Notes: generated by a model not told the origin, from the letters alone. A stretch of 63,578 bases of DNA, filler included, from Reticulomyxa filosa (GCA_000512085.1; 14 parts of 14 records of this genome joined end to end with filler, not necessarily neighbours in it), one strand, 5' to 3'; shown: positions 13,542 to 25,789, counted from the first letter of the whole stretch. Made by a program: numbers and translations.

Positions 13542-15858
13542 TTACACATCTTCTTTTATTTCCACGTTCTCAAACTCACCACCAATTTTGATGATATCTT
13601 CCACATTTTCATCCCCAAATTTAACATCGGCGGGTTGATAACGTCCTGTATTAGGATGCTTATATGATAATTCAACACGATTGCTTCTCAAAGTGATAGT
13701 GAGTTCAAAATTGACCTGTTCAGAAAAAGATTGTTTAAAAAACATTCGAAATGTTTTAAGTGGCTGACACACGCTTTCGTCGTCACAATAGTGTATCCCA
13801 TCTTTAAGTTTGGATTTGTACAATGTGAACTCTACTGCTTTCTTTTGCCGCGGAAGAACGTACACTTGTTTGTGTTCCTGTGCGTGAAAATTTTGTAACA
13901 CAATGCAAGGATTCACAAGCCATAATTTACTGAACTGTTCCATCTTCAAATCTTTGATCTCGTCGAATAATCTCTTTGAAGCATTTTTTACGTATATAGC
14001 CAGTGTATGACTCGAAAGAGCTGACTTTGTGATCGTCGTCGGGATCTCCAGGATACCATATCTTATCGACGCACCATCCCAACGTCAAAGGTGCTCTGAT
14101 GTACGATAAATCTTTTTGATTGATAGCCCAAAGGACAGAGCCACGTACGACACTTTCATGTGGATTGTGAGGTTGATAAATTTCTGGAGGGTCTTCTCGT
14201 TCACTCAGAAGTTGTCTTAGTCTTGGAATGACAAAAGGACAGCCGGAAAATCCTCCAGTCACTATTAGTACTTTTGGCTTCACTCGCTCATGATCCAAAA
14301 GTTTCGAGACAAACCCACAAATTTCATGTAATATTTGTTCATGTAAATGCAGCCATGTTTCATAGGACAATTGCAAGAAATTACCCTCCAAACTTATCTG
14401 ACTGATTCAAACAACAAAGTGTTGTACACACTCTACCTTTTTTTTTTTTAAAAAAATTCCTCCTTACCTGGGTTTGCCATTAATCCCGTCATATGCTTGC
14501 AATTTTTCTCCAATTATATCGAGGCTTTTGAAAGTGTCTTGCAAATGCTTTCTAAACTTTCGAGTCAATTCCACATTTCGTTGCTCCTTTTCACGCAGTG
14601 AATGTTTTGCAGTCCAAAACTCATTTCTTTGTTGGAGCCATGCTTGTGGGTTGCTTTTTTTTTTGTTTTTTTACGTTGGTCAAACTTAAACTAAATCCTC
14701 CACGCAAGTTAAAAAAAATTCAAGACTTTTAATTGGTTGTGTTGAAACTTTTGTTGGAATTCACTAATGACAGCACTTCCAAAAATATCTGCAAGTAAAT
14801 CCTCGAATGCTTGGTCTATCATCATACCTCCAATATCTAATCCATCTCGATGATGAGTTTCCGCCATCTTTTCGTCTTCCAAAAACGTCAGACATGCGGC
14901 ATCAATCGTACCTCCACCCATATCCAATAGTACCACTTGGTCACTGTTTTTATTTCAATTAACTTTGTTTTTGTTATTATTGTCATTTTTTGGAGCCACA
15001 AAAAAAAAAAAAAAATAACTCTTCAAAAAATCGCAATCTTTTCGTTTCGTCCACTTCTCTACTTTGGCTATGACTGATTACAGCAAATGTTGCAGCAATT
15101 GACTCAAAGCATATTTCAACATGATGCATTCCACAACTTTTACCACATTCTCTCATCACTTCAGTATTCTTATTGTTAGTTTTGTTTTGTGAAAATTTTG
15201 AAGGGAGTACAAAATTTAAACCTTTTTTTAAAAAAAAATTAACTTCATCATCCCAAGTCGCAGGGACAGTTAACACGTACAATACATTCTCTCGATTAAG
15301 GGGTCGATGTGTATCTCCATACCTATTTTTCCAATTCTTTTCCGCTTTTCTAATGCTGTTTCTTTGATGATCTTCAATATCATTATGAACAAGTCCATCA
15401 CTGGCATCTCAAATGTTTTACTGCTATCTTTTATTTTTTTCGACCGAAATTTGGCATCTTTGGTTAGTGCGGCCAGTTTAAAATTTGCAAAATATGCATA
15501 CTTGTCTCGCTCCTCTTGCTATGATTGCAAATACAAAATGTGTTGATGAAAAGTAGAGTCACTCTTTCTTTTTTTGTTTTTGCTTGTAGCAGCTTATTGG
15601 ACACGAAACTTTTTTTTCAAGATATTTTTCCTCTGCGCTGTAACCCCAACACACGACCGACTTTGTTTCGCGCTCCAAAAGCAGGGCTGATAAATTTTTG
15701 CTTTTGGCATAGTCACTCTTCAGTGTGTGTCCGGTGACGTGTTGAATTAAGTCTATCCTAGGAACAACTCCAGGTCTTACGTGTTCGCATGCTACTGCAG
15801 CAGAGCCAAACGACCCAAAATCTATCCCAATCACTTGGTCGAATACTTCACCAGACAT
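13542..15858 (-). CDS. Atypical Hsp70, HSPA12-like
   Basis: Actin/Hsp70-fold motifs across exons: VIGIDFGSFGS, YVLTVPATWD, ESIAA, LLDMGGGTID, IGGMMIDQAF, IVTGGFSGCP, SVVRGSV. The C-terminal domain is divergent. Confidence 0.85.
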
Positions 15859-16114
15859 GACGCAGCAAATGAGACTAGCTTAAAGCAACCAAAAAAAAAC
15901 TTGTATTCCCGAAAAACCAAATTAGTTACATTTATTTTTTTGGTTATCCAATGTACATTGAATTAATTTCACAAAAGAAGTTGTAACAAGTTATTGCGTT
16001 AATTTTGAAATGATAATAGATATTTTTTTTGGACAACTTTCCCCCACTTTACTTTTTTTCTTTTGTATTGCTGCTTCCGCGTTAACAAAGAAGTGTCAAA
16101 AAAGAAAAATAGAA

Positions 16115-16886
16115 ATGATTGTCGATTTGTGCTTTGTCATGGACTGTACAGGTAAGCGAAAAAGAAATGTCTGAAAACTGACTGGCTTGAGGAACAACTT
16201 TTTGTGGTGTTGGATAGGATCCATGTTCTGTTGGATAAACCAATGCAAGTTGGACATCCAAAATATTGTAGATAAAATACGGAGCGTGTATCCTTTCATT
16301 AAAATAAGATTAGCATTTGTTGGTTACAGGTACGTTTTTCTTTATGTAATAATGAAAATTATTTATCACTCTAAAAAAAAAACATCCACTCCAGAGATTA
16401 TGGCGATGTACCTGCACTTGAAAAGCTGGATTTTACGGAAAGCGTTGACGCATTTAAGGAATTTCTGGATAAATTAGAGGCAACTGGAGGAGGTGATGAA
16501 TGTGAAGATGTTATAGGTGGATTAGAAGCCTGCACAGAACTTCAGTGGAAAGCGATAACCAAAGTGTTATTCCATATCGTTAGTTTTTTTTTGATTTATT
16601 TGTTTGAAAAAGACGAAGAAAAAAATTACCCCAAAAAATGTTAACAATCGAGGGAATAAAAATAGGGAGACGCTCCACCGCACAATCGCATGTATCATTA
16701 CGATGGAGCCGGAGACAGTTATCCAGACGACACAAGACGAGATCATAACGTAGTGTTAAGAGCACTCCAAAAAAAAGGGAATATGAGATATTACATTGCA
16801 AAATTAAATGATAGCTTAGACAAAGTTTAGTATTAAGGAGAAAAAGAAGGGTACGTAGAAAAAGACATATCCTTACATAGCGTCAA
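16115..16886 (+). CDS. von Willebrand factor A domain protein (alpha-kinase VwkA-type vWA), 3' truncated
   Basis: MIVDLCFVMDCTG|SM..., RLAFVGYR|DYGD, ATGGGDECEDVIGGL, VLFHI|GDAPPH. Confidence 0.85.
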
Positions 16887-16986
16887 NNNNNNNNNNNNNN
16901 NNNNNNNNNNNNNNNNNNNNNNNNNNNNNNTTAATTAATTAANNNNNNNNNNNNNNNNNNNNNNNNNNNNNNNNNNNNNNNNNNNN
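16887..16986. other. Artificial contig spacer
   Basis: N44-TTAATTAATTAA-N44. Confidence 0.97.
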
Positions 16987-17219
16987 TATTGATTTTCTCA
17001 ATGAAAAGCAGACATTTAATCATAATTTTTTAAAAAATATCTACAATTGTTGAGTTTTTATATTTAACATTTTTTTCATTGGGCTTATAATTTTTTTTTA
17101 GTGTGCTTTTAAAATTTTTTTTTAAAGGTAATTTTGAAAAATTTTTAATTTTTTTTTTTACTCAAGTAAAAATTTGTAATCTTTGAGACGTAAAATTGTT
17201 AGGTGGTTGGTTTCTGGCA

Positions 17220-17724
17220 GGTGCGAAATAGCTAAAAAAGTGAAAAAGATATTGGATGAAGATAGTGATATTCATGTTTTGTACGAAACGTTACAAGGAC
17301 TCAAGAAGAACGGTTTAATTGCTGTGACAAAGAAGAAAAAATCAAAACTAGAAGAAAGACATATTGTCGAAAGGCTTGAATTTGCAAACAGATACAAGCA
17401 TTGAACCGTGGATGATTGGAAAAATGTTATTTTTTCAGATGAAACAAAGATTAATTTGTGTGGAAGTGATATTATCAAATATGCTTGGAAAAGGCCAGGT
17501 CAAGATTTGGTGGTGGTAGCATTATGATTTGGGCTTGCTTTGATGCAAAAGGTGTTGGACATGCATGCAAGATTGAAGGTAGAGTTAATTCTGAAATCTA
17601 TAAAGAAATATTAAGTAATGAAATGCTAAACAGCATACAGTATTGTTTAGAAGATGAAAAATATTGCAACGACTTAATTGCATCCATGCCAAGAAGAGTC
17701 CAAGCTGTAATTGATGCCAAATGA
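17220..17724 (+). mobile_element. Degenerate Tc1/mariner transposase fragment
   Basis: RLEFANRYKH*TVDDWKNVIFSDETKINL, GGGSIMIWACF, YKEIL, SMPRRVQAVIDAK. Has an internal stop and a frameshift, and the QDN/SPDLNPIE catalytic region is absent. Confidence 0.85.
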
Positions 17725-17789
17725 AAACCAATAAAATGGTAACAAATAAAACTTTAAATTTATTGCTAAAATTTACAAAAATCATATGA

Positions 17790-18900
17790 AAAAGATTAAT
17801 TCAAAGAATGGATTGTTATTGTTGGATGGATTTGATAAAATTGCAAATGAATTGAAAAGGATACTGGTTCACCGTCAATGAAAATTATTGTGTGATAATG
17901 ACAAGTCGTCCCAATACAATATGTTCATATCTGAATAATCCACAAATATTAAATGTAATTGGATTCCAATCACAAGATATTCAAAATTATGTTAATACCT
18001 ATTTCAAAAATACTCAATAACTGCCAAGCAGATTTATTGATAAAAAAAAATTGAATGAAGTTTGAAATGATTGGGCCACACACCTTTGTATTTGCGTTTA
18101 TTTTGTTATTTGATAAGACAAAACAAATCATTATCACCATCATTGGATAATATGTCTCTTTCGAAATTATATGAAACATTGTCGAAAAGTTATATGAAAT
18201 GGAATTGGATAAAATCAAATGAAGAAATGTTGTTCACCATTTTTGAAATGTAAATGAATTATGTGTCATATATTACATGGGAAGGATTAAGATGTGAACA
18301 AGCTATCATTTCTTGTGAATATTAAATATTATTAAAAGTAAATATCCATGCAAAGATATTTCAGTGATTTCTCAATGATTGGATTTATACAAGGACAAGA
18401 ATTACATTGAGGGATATTGCACGACATTGTATTAAAAAAAAGAGCATTTGTTAATGCCAGAGAGGGTTCTGTCATTGCTTCCATTTTGAGAACTCCTTTT
18501 TGAAAATATCATGGAATTGGTTATGAAACACAAAAATGACAAAAATAATAAAGAATATTTAGATGCAATGAATATGTGTAAATGGATATTAAAAAAATGA
18601 ACCGTATATCCAATGAAAAGATAAATTGATTGATGAAGAGAGTATTATCAAATTCATTGATGAAATATTATTGCAAAAAGGGTACAACTTTCTTATTGGG
18701 AGTAAATCAGAATGATTTGAAAAAGACAGTCATCAAAAGTCATTTATTGTATCGGTCACTCAAAATCAATGAAACTACTTTCAAAACAATTGAAAGTTCC
18801 ATAGGAAGAGATGTACAATGAAATAGCAGTGGAATAAGCACTTGTTGCAAAAGCAAATATCCATACTATTCAAACAGGAGCATTTTATCATCCATGATGC
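17790..18900 (+). pseudogene. NACHT (STAND) NTPase pseudogene fragment
   Basis: Walker-B-like LLLLDGFD, IMTSRPN, LNVIGFQSQDIQNYV, HTPLYLRLFCYL, LSKLYETL; many stops and frameshifts. Confidence 0.75.
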
Positions 18901-20149
18901 ATCCACCAATCACATTTATTTCCAATTGTGTCTTAATTCAACAGAACGAGACCAATTTTATCCATTTTATAAGTTCAAAACTTATTAAAGATATCAAAGA
19001 AATGTATTTCATTGGCAAGCCATCCCTCTTTTGTCTACTATTTCTTAAATTATAAATTATTGAACACCCATTTAGAAGGATAATTACTTTTTGTTTGTTT
19101 AAGCTTAAATATTTGAATTTGAAATAAAACATCACAGTTGGATGCTTTAATACATTTTGTCATCTCAGTCAATTTTGAAAGTGAAAAGTCGACAAGATGA
19201 TTGTGTAAACACTTAATTTTTCAAAAACAGAATAAATTATAAGATATTTAAATAAGTGTTCAATTTGTGATTATTAATTTGATTGAAAATAGCTTTTATA
19301 ACAAAACGATTTGATATTTATGTAATTTTATTTGGATATTTCAATAAATATATTATGGATGAAACGAATTCAGCAAGTTAGGTTAATGTTCATATCGATA
19401 TTGAAAAAACCAAAAAGACAAGAATTAATGTTACTTTCCAATCAACCAGATGAGCGTGTGAATGAATTAATTTAAAAAAAAATTATTATCTAATTGCTCA
19501 TGAAAGGAGATAGTATTTTTGTGATCAAAGTAATTAATTGAATCCATTGATTATTTTATGATTTTCCAAATAGTTTAAAATAAACAAATGAGAGATATAA
19601 AAAAAAAAACAATGAATATTTAAAATATCTAAAAAAAAATATCTCATTACAGCAAATTAAAAATTCTCTTTAAAAAAATTTTATGAGAAGATAATGTAAT
19701 GTTTCCCGCATTTTGAAGGAAAAACGTCCCTGAGAGGTTGGTGATTACACTGGATTTTTGTTCTCCTTTTTATGTTTTTGAAAATTATTGGGATAAGGAT
19801 AAAGTACATTCAATGTTAATATTTTGTACTTTTGAGAGATTAGATGAAAAATGGAAAAGCATTCATCCATTTGATTTTCTTTTATTGTTTCACCAAATTG
19901 CGACAAAATCATTTGTAATCCAAAGCAAATTTTCTTTCAAATCAAAAATAAATTGAAAAGATTATGTCTTAATATTTTACAAAACAAAAAAAACTTATCT
20001 CTAATTACCCTTCGTGAGCTTAAAAAAAAAAGTTGAACATCATCTCAAAAAAAAAAGAAGATACTTTAGCTTAGTAATGAAAGTTTCGTTTAATTGTTCT
20101 TTTAGGTTTTTATTAATATTGTTTTTCTCATTTTGCTTTATGATTGAAA

Positions 20150-20458
20150 CAGTCAAAAGAAGAAGAGATTCAAATTATTATTCATCATTGGATTCGAACA
20201 TTCAACATTCAATTAGGGTGGATCAAAGATTTTGATAAATTTGTTGTCGATTATGTCAGTTCATTTGTTCTATCTTTTTTTAAATACTAAACAAAATATT
20301 TAAATGTTTATTTAATATAGATATCTACTGTCTTCATGTTTGACAAATTTCGTTCATCGTCTAAATTAATCAATACATTCACTGGACATACAAGCATTGT
20401 GTGGAGTATTGATTATTCAAAATTTGATGATTGTCAATTCATTTGTTCTGGATCAGGA
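20150..20458 (+). pseudogene. WD40-repeat family gene 5' fragment, truncated by contig end
   Basis: IIIHHWIRTFNIQLGWIKDFDKFVVDY leader, then KLINTFTGHTSIVWSIDYSKFDDCQFICSGS. Whether it is functional cannot be determined. Confidence 0.65.
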
Positions 20459-20558
20459 NNNNNNNNNNNNNNNNNNNNNNNNNNNNNNNNNNNNNNNNNN
20501 NNTTAATTAATTAANNNNNNNNNNNNNNNNNNNNNNNNNNNNNNNNNNNNNNNNNNNN
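20459..20558. other. Artificial contig spacer
   Basis: N44-TTAATTAATTAA-N44. Confidence 0.97.
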
Positions 20559-20579
20559 AACCTTTTTTTTTTTTTTTTT

Positions 20580-21409
20580 AAATTTGCATTTTCCACTTTC
20601 ATAAAAACAAAACTGTGGGGCTTGAGGACTTGAACTAATGTAGATTTGATCACCCGTATACGCATGCACGACAGTATGAGAGCGACTGGGGTCAATTTTG
20701 AAAACTTTTTCGTCACGACTGTTTCCGTAACCTTTATTCCAAGGGTTGTTTGGGTTTGGAATAATACTCACTTCCAATGGAAACGGTTTGTCGGTAGACA
20801 CTTGGATCTCCACTTTCAATTGATGCCACAGCCATTCCTTCCATGACGAAAATTCGTTGCTGGTGCTGTTCCAAATTTGGACAGAACTTATATCCGGTGT
20901 GGTTAAATAATCGTCTCCTAAATTGTTCGAATAGTCAATTGGCACATACACCAGCAACGGACATTCGCATTGCTCCTGTCTCGACTCAATGTATTTTGTC
21001 ACACCCAACATCTTTGCCAAGTCCATGTGCTCTTCCAACTCGTGCCAAATGCGACTCTTCAAAGTTGACATTTCGTATTGTGCAAACATCAGATATTGCA
21101 CATCTGGCATTTCGTTTTCGTGGTTATCAAAATTCAATGCTTTCAATTGTTGAAGGCATTCCTTCGTGTCATTGTAAAACGCAATCACTGATGCAAATCT
21201 TGCTCCAACAGGCAAGTCTTGGATCAAATCATGAAAAAGTGGACGATAGAACAACTCGTATACTATTCGTATTCATTTGTTTGTTTTTTTTTTTTGTACG
21301 TATCATTTTTGTTGGCGCTGTTCAAGGTAAAAAACATTTTTTCCTCACCTTTGCCATTGCAAACAGTTGATAAGAATAAAACGGTGGAAATCCAATTTAC
21401 GTGAAACAT
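20580..21409 (-). CDS. Secreted/ER hypothetical protein, 3' truncated
   Basis: ATG 21409 encodes signal-peptide-like MFHVNWISTVLFLSTVCNGK. A micro-exon (APTKMI) joins it to the long exon YELFYRPLFHDL... Confidence 0.6.
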
Positions 21410-21662
21410 TTTTTATTTCGTTTGACAAACTTTGAATATCTTGTAAAGAAAAGCCTTTTCAACAGGGAAGTTTTAGTTCAAAACGCGTCAGTTCAGTTCC
21501 AATTTGCTCAATTATACAAAAAAGACCTGATTAAGTACAATAAACACATAAACCCACAAAACAAAAAAGCATTACAGTTTCTAAATTTTTGGAAATTTCT
21601 TGAACCTTGTTCCCTTTTTTCCCAGCAAAAAATCCTTCCTTTTGATAATAGATTAAGGCGAT

Positions 21663-22372
21663 ATGGCATCCCCAGGCGGTTCTCTAATAAATGAAAATGC
21701 ACGTCTACGTCAAAATCGAATAAATTTTCGACAAGGCAATGGTATTCCCCCGGAAACGACAAATCTAGTCATAACACATACAAAAGATTGGTGGTCTTTT
21801 ATGACTGAGGCATTACTGGTTGGAGGATCATTAGCAGCGCTAGGCTACATGTTTTCTCAGTTGTTGAAGCATTCACAAGACGCAGATGGTCAGTTGGGAC
21901 GAAAGAAAGTGGCGGAGAATATAAAAGCAGAAATTATCAAAAGAATAGAAGTTTCTAAATTTCAATACTTTGGAAAAAAAAAGAAAAAAATAATTTCTTT
22001 TTTTTTTTTTTTTTTCCCAAAATCTTTTCAATCCTTCACCTTTGGCAAATTTTACAACAACAAAAAAAAAAAAAAAGGCATCTGGTCGTAAAATCCAAAC
22101 GTTCGGTACATCGACATACGAGGACTCATTGTTGGATATGATCGTATTACCAAACCAAATCCAAGTGAAGTTCAATGATATAGGCGGTTTGGACAGTGTG
22201 AAAAACGACCTAATGGAGACAGTGTTGGTGCCATTAATGCACCCGAACCTAACAAGTACATCCCGATTGTGCGCTCCGCCGTTGGGTGTGCTGTTCTACG
22301 GGGCGCCAGGTACAGGTAAGTCGATGATGGCGAAAGCAGTGGCCAGAGAAACCAACGCAACTTTTTTCAGTT
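21663..22372 (+). CDS. ATAD1: Membrane-anchored AAA ATPase Msp1/ATAD1, 3' truncated
   Basis: N-terminal TM segment (ALLVGGSLAALGYMF), YE..L...IV.P..I.V.F.DIGGLD, PPLGVLFYGAPGTGKSMMAKAVARE. Confidence 0.85.
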
Positions 22373-22472
22373 AAAACATACACATTCAATCTATGTTTTC
22401 GAATCCACAATACAAATGCTTATTTTTTTTGAAAAAAAAAAAACAAAACATTGTCATTTTTTTTTTTTTTTT

Positions 22473-22572
22473 NNNNNNNNNNNNNNNNNNNNNNNNNNNN
22501 NNNNNNNNNNNNNNNNTTAATTAATTAANNNNNNNNNNNNNNNNNNNNNNNNNNNNNNNNNNNNNNNNNNNN
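22473..22572. other. Artificial contig spacer
   Basis: N44-TTAATTAATTAA-N44. Confidence 0.97.
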
Positions 22573-22574
22573 TT

Positions 22575-22609
<35 letters not shown>

Positions 22610-22610
<1 letters not shown>

Positions 22611-23307
22611 CACCGCAAAGTCGAACTTTGACAATATTTTTCGGTTGGTTGGTTTCGACAGGGGCCTTTTTTCTTGGACAAGACTGCTAGCCGACTTTGA
22701 CTGGATATCATTTGCTTTGGGCTGGGCTTTGCTCACTTTGCCGAGGGACAAAGAGCTCTTTGTTTTTGTGAGACAAACAAAATTCAAATTTACAATGTCT
22801 TTTACTTCCTCCTTTCAAAAAAAAAAAAAACTCAACTTGAGATTTTGATGCATCAAACCATTTCTTGGCGGCGTACTTCATGCGGATGAATTGCTCCAAT
22901 CGATACGTATCCGTAGATTCTGTCGGTTTGTCTTGTTTGGGTAAAAGGCACTCATAGCGAGAGTTCACTGCTTCGTTGCCGCCATGAGCCTTGAAACTTT
23001 GTACCAACGCTGTGGTCCATGAATCTAGGTTTGTCGATTTCACCTAATTTTTTTTTTTTTTGGTTGTATATTGCTGTGTCAAGTTTTTGTGCTGTTGCTG
23101 TGGAATACACACACTTACTTTGGAAATATGGGTTCCCAAGTTTCGGTGAATGCCGGAACAACGAATGCAAACAAATATCCCAAGATTGGTGGAGGCCCAT
23201 GTGGGTTGTTTGGTACCACAGTCTGCACAGTATTGATTTTGTGGAAGTTTCAACAGTTCACTCAACTCATTACGACATTTTTCAATTTCTTTGGCATTCC
23301 CTCGCAT
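22610..23307 (-). CDS. ArfGAP domain protein (SMAP/AGD5-like), 3' truncated
   Basis: [37 protein letters not shown]|VKSTNLDSW...GNEAVN..YE...EQFIRMKY. Confidence 0.92.
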
Positions 23308-23877
23308 TATTATTATTTTTTATTTTTGTTTGGTTGACTGCAGTCGTTTGAACTGCTAAAATCTTCCAGTAATGATAAAAAAATAAAAATAAAATTATGA
23401 CTGCCTTCCCTTTTGTTGGGAACAGCTCCTGTTTGTTCGCAACGCGGTAAACAGATTTGGAATTTATAAGAGCTCTTAAATCCCACAACAAAAATCGTTG
23501 TGTTTATACCTAATTGAACAGTGTTTGCAAATTTTCCTGGATAACTCATATCACTACGTTTCGCAAAGTAGTTATAACCACCAAGCTATTTTTATTACAA
23601 GAATTACTTTTCAGGTTTAATAGTGACGAAAGGTATATTTTGCTTTCATAAGCACAGACTTTCATCTTTCTGTAAGGAGATTTTGAACAATTTCTTAAAA
23701 TTTTTGGACAAAGAATGCAATTTTGGTAAATAAACAACCTAATAGCATTTTATATTTTTGACAAGTCTAGACGTTCAATATCAGTAAAAGGACTTTTTGA
23801 AGTTTGGGGTGTACGCTTTGTGGTTTGTTTGTTTTGTTGTTTATCAATTTGTTATTTTGCAAAAAATCAGTTAAAAA

Positions 23878-24371
23878 ATGAGTTTTGAAAACCACTACTT
23901 GTTTGCTCAAGACAACACTGTTGTCATCCACAGTCACAAGGGAGGAAAATTTATCCGTGTGCACCCTGACAACCACAAGAAAGTGGACCATGGTGGAGTT
24001 AAAGGTAAGAAAAAACAAAGGCGAGTGAGTTGGGAGGAAAGTTGAGAGTAATTTGAATGAAAATAAATAAATGAAAGGCGGACCATTGACAATCTGGCAT
24101 GCAAACAAAGAAGGTGACAAAATTGCCTTCAAATCCGACAAAGGTGAGGGCTGGTTGCGAATCACTGAAGATCACAAAGTCGATGCAGCCGGTGTTAAAG
24201 GAGGACCACAAACCTGGTTCAAAGGTAAGTTGTTAAAAAAAAAAAGTGTATACGTGTTAACACAAAAACAAGGAGAAAAAAATGACCACAAACTTCAAAA
24301 AATAAAAAATAAAAAATAAAAACAGTTCACAAAATTAAGGATGGATTTTACAAATTTGAAAGTGTAAAACA
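23878..24371 (+). CDS. Small His/Lys-rich beta-trefoil protein (hisactophilin/fascin-like), 3' truncated
   Basis: Exons 23878-24004, 24078-24224 and from about 24326 splice in frame to MSFENHYLFAQDNTVVIHSHKGGKFIRVHPDNHKKVDHGGVKGGPLTIWHANKEGDKIAFKSDKGEGWLRITEDHKVDAAGVKGGPQTWFKVHKIKDGFYKFESVK, with an internal repeat of about 42 aa. Confidence 0.7.
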
Positions 24372-24471
24372 NNNNNNNNNNNNNNNNNNNNNNNNNNNNN
24401 NNNNNNNNNNNNNNNTTAATTAATTAANNNNNNNNNNNNNNNNNNNNNNNNNNNNNNNNNNNNNNNNNNNN
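24372..24471. other. Artificial contig spacer
   Basis: N44-TTAATTAATTAA-N44. Confidence 0.97.
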
Positions 24472-24512
24472 CAAGTTGAGCGTTTGTTTCCAATTTAACT
24501 TAAAGAGTCAAG

Positions 24513-25427
24513 ATGGCTAATGCTCAAGATACATCACCTGTAAGTTAAAAACAAAACTAAAATTAAAATGTAATAAGTGAAATATATCATATTAATAACT
24601 TAATTTGTTATAGAAATACAAAATTCATTTATTTGTACTCCTCATGGGGTCATTGTTTTTGTATATGCAGCTCCCAAAAAGAACACGCGTCCAAAATGAG
24701 AAATCCATCGGGAACTTGATCACTTTCACCGTCGAACCGGACCCACAGCCTGCACCACCAGAAAACGTGCTCACTAATACCATCAGCTACATGTCCCATC
24801 CACTTCTCGAAGATCGTCCAGTTTCGGAAATGATGAAGATGCAAAAATGATCGAATTGCCATCACACGAATTGTTGCAAACAAATGCACGTTAGCTTATT
24901 TTATTTTCTTGATGATTGATAATAATTCATATATTTTTTTTAAAAAAGATAGTCCAAGTGACGAAAAACTCTCCATCTCGAAAGCTACTACAACTGTTGT
25001 ACTGAGCTCAATTAGGAAGGATAAAACTCAACACTTGAATATCAATGACACAAACACTACATTGCTACCAAACACCCATGCTGCTGAGGATGTACAGATC
25101 AAGCGGCGCGTTTTCGATTTTCATGGAGCCAAGCGTCCATTCAATACAAACCTGCAACTCATTTGTCAAACACTTTCACAGTGCACCTATTATTGTTTTG
25201 ATTGGAAATGTCATCAAACTTTTGGTGGACATTGCTCTAATCTTTTTCATGTTTGTTCTGAAAAATACACCTCACGGGCGGAGTTTGTATTTCGATGTAC
25301 TGGCTTGCTCGGGGTCTTGCTCACTCAAGTCAGCCCATTGTTCTCCGTCATCATGTTCGGAGCCAATGATTTTTTTATCAAGTTAATGTTTGGATGTATT
25401 AGGACATGTACTCACTGTGGCAAATAA
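24513..25427 (+). CDS. Hypothetical multi-exon protein with hydrophobic C-terminal segment
   Basis: ATG 24513 MANAQDTSP|gtaagt, followed by exons overlapping ORFs 24644-24850 and 24909-25427. No family recognised. Confidence 0.5.
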
Positions 25428-25789
25428 ACATATAATATGCCATTTTTAACTTGGCTTAACTTTGTCTTGGCTTGTCTTCTTACCAATCACATTTTTGTAA
25501 AATGCAATCTGGTAACTTAATTGTAAACAAGTATTATGTGGATATTTCTTTTTTATACTACGTTTGATGGGCTTTGGTGTCTTGACTTTATTTGTAAATG
25601 TATGAGGATCCATAACGGCCTTCTTTTGCTTTGTTTTGGAGATTAGACGACAAGTCAAAGTTTGTACTGTTTCATGAATTTTTGCAAAGTATGAAATAAA
25701 GAATTGACTGTTGCGAACTTGATGATGGCGCTAATTTTCTTTCAAAAATTAAATTAAAAATTAAAAAAAAACAAAATTCGGGGAACAAA

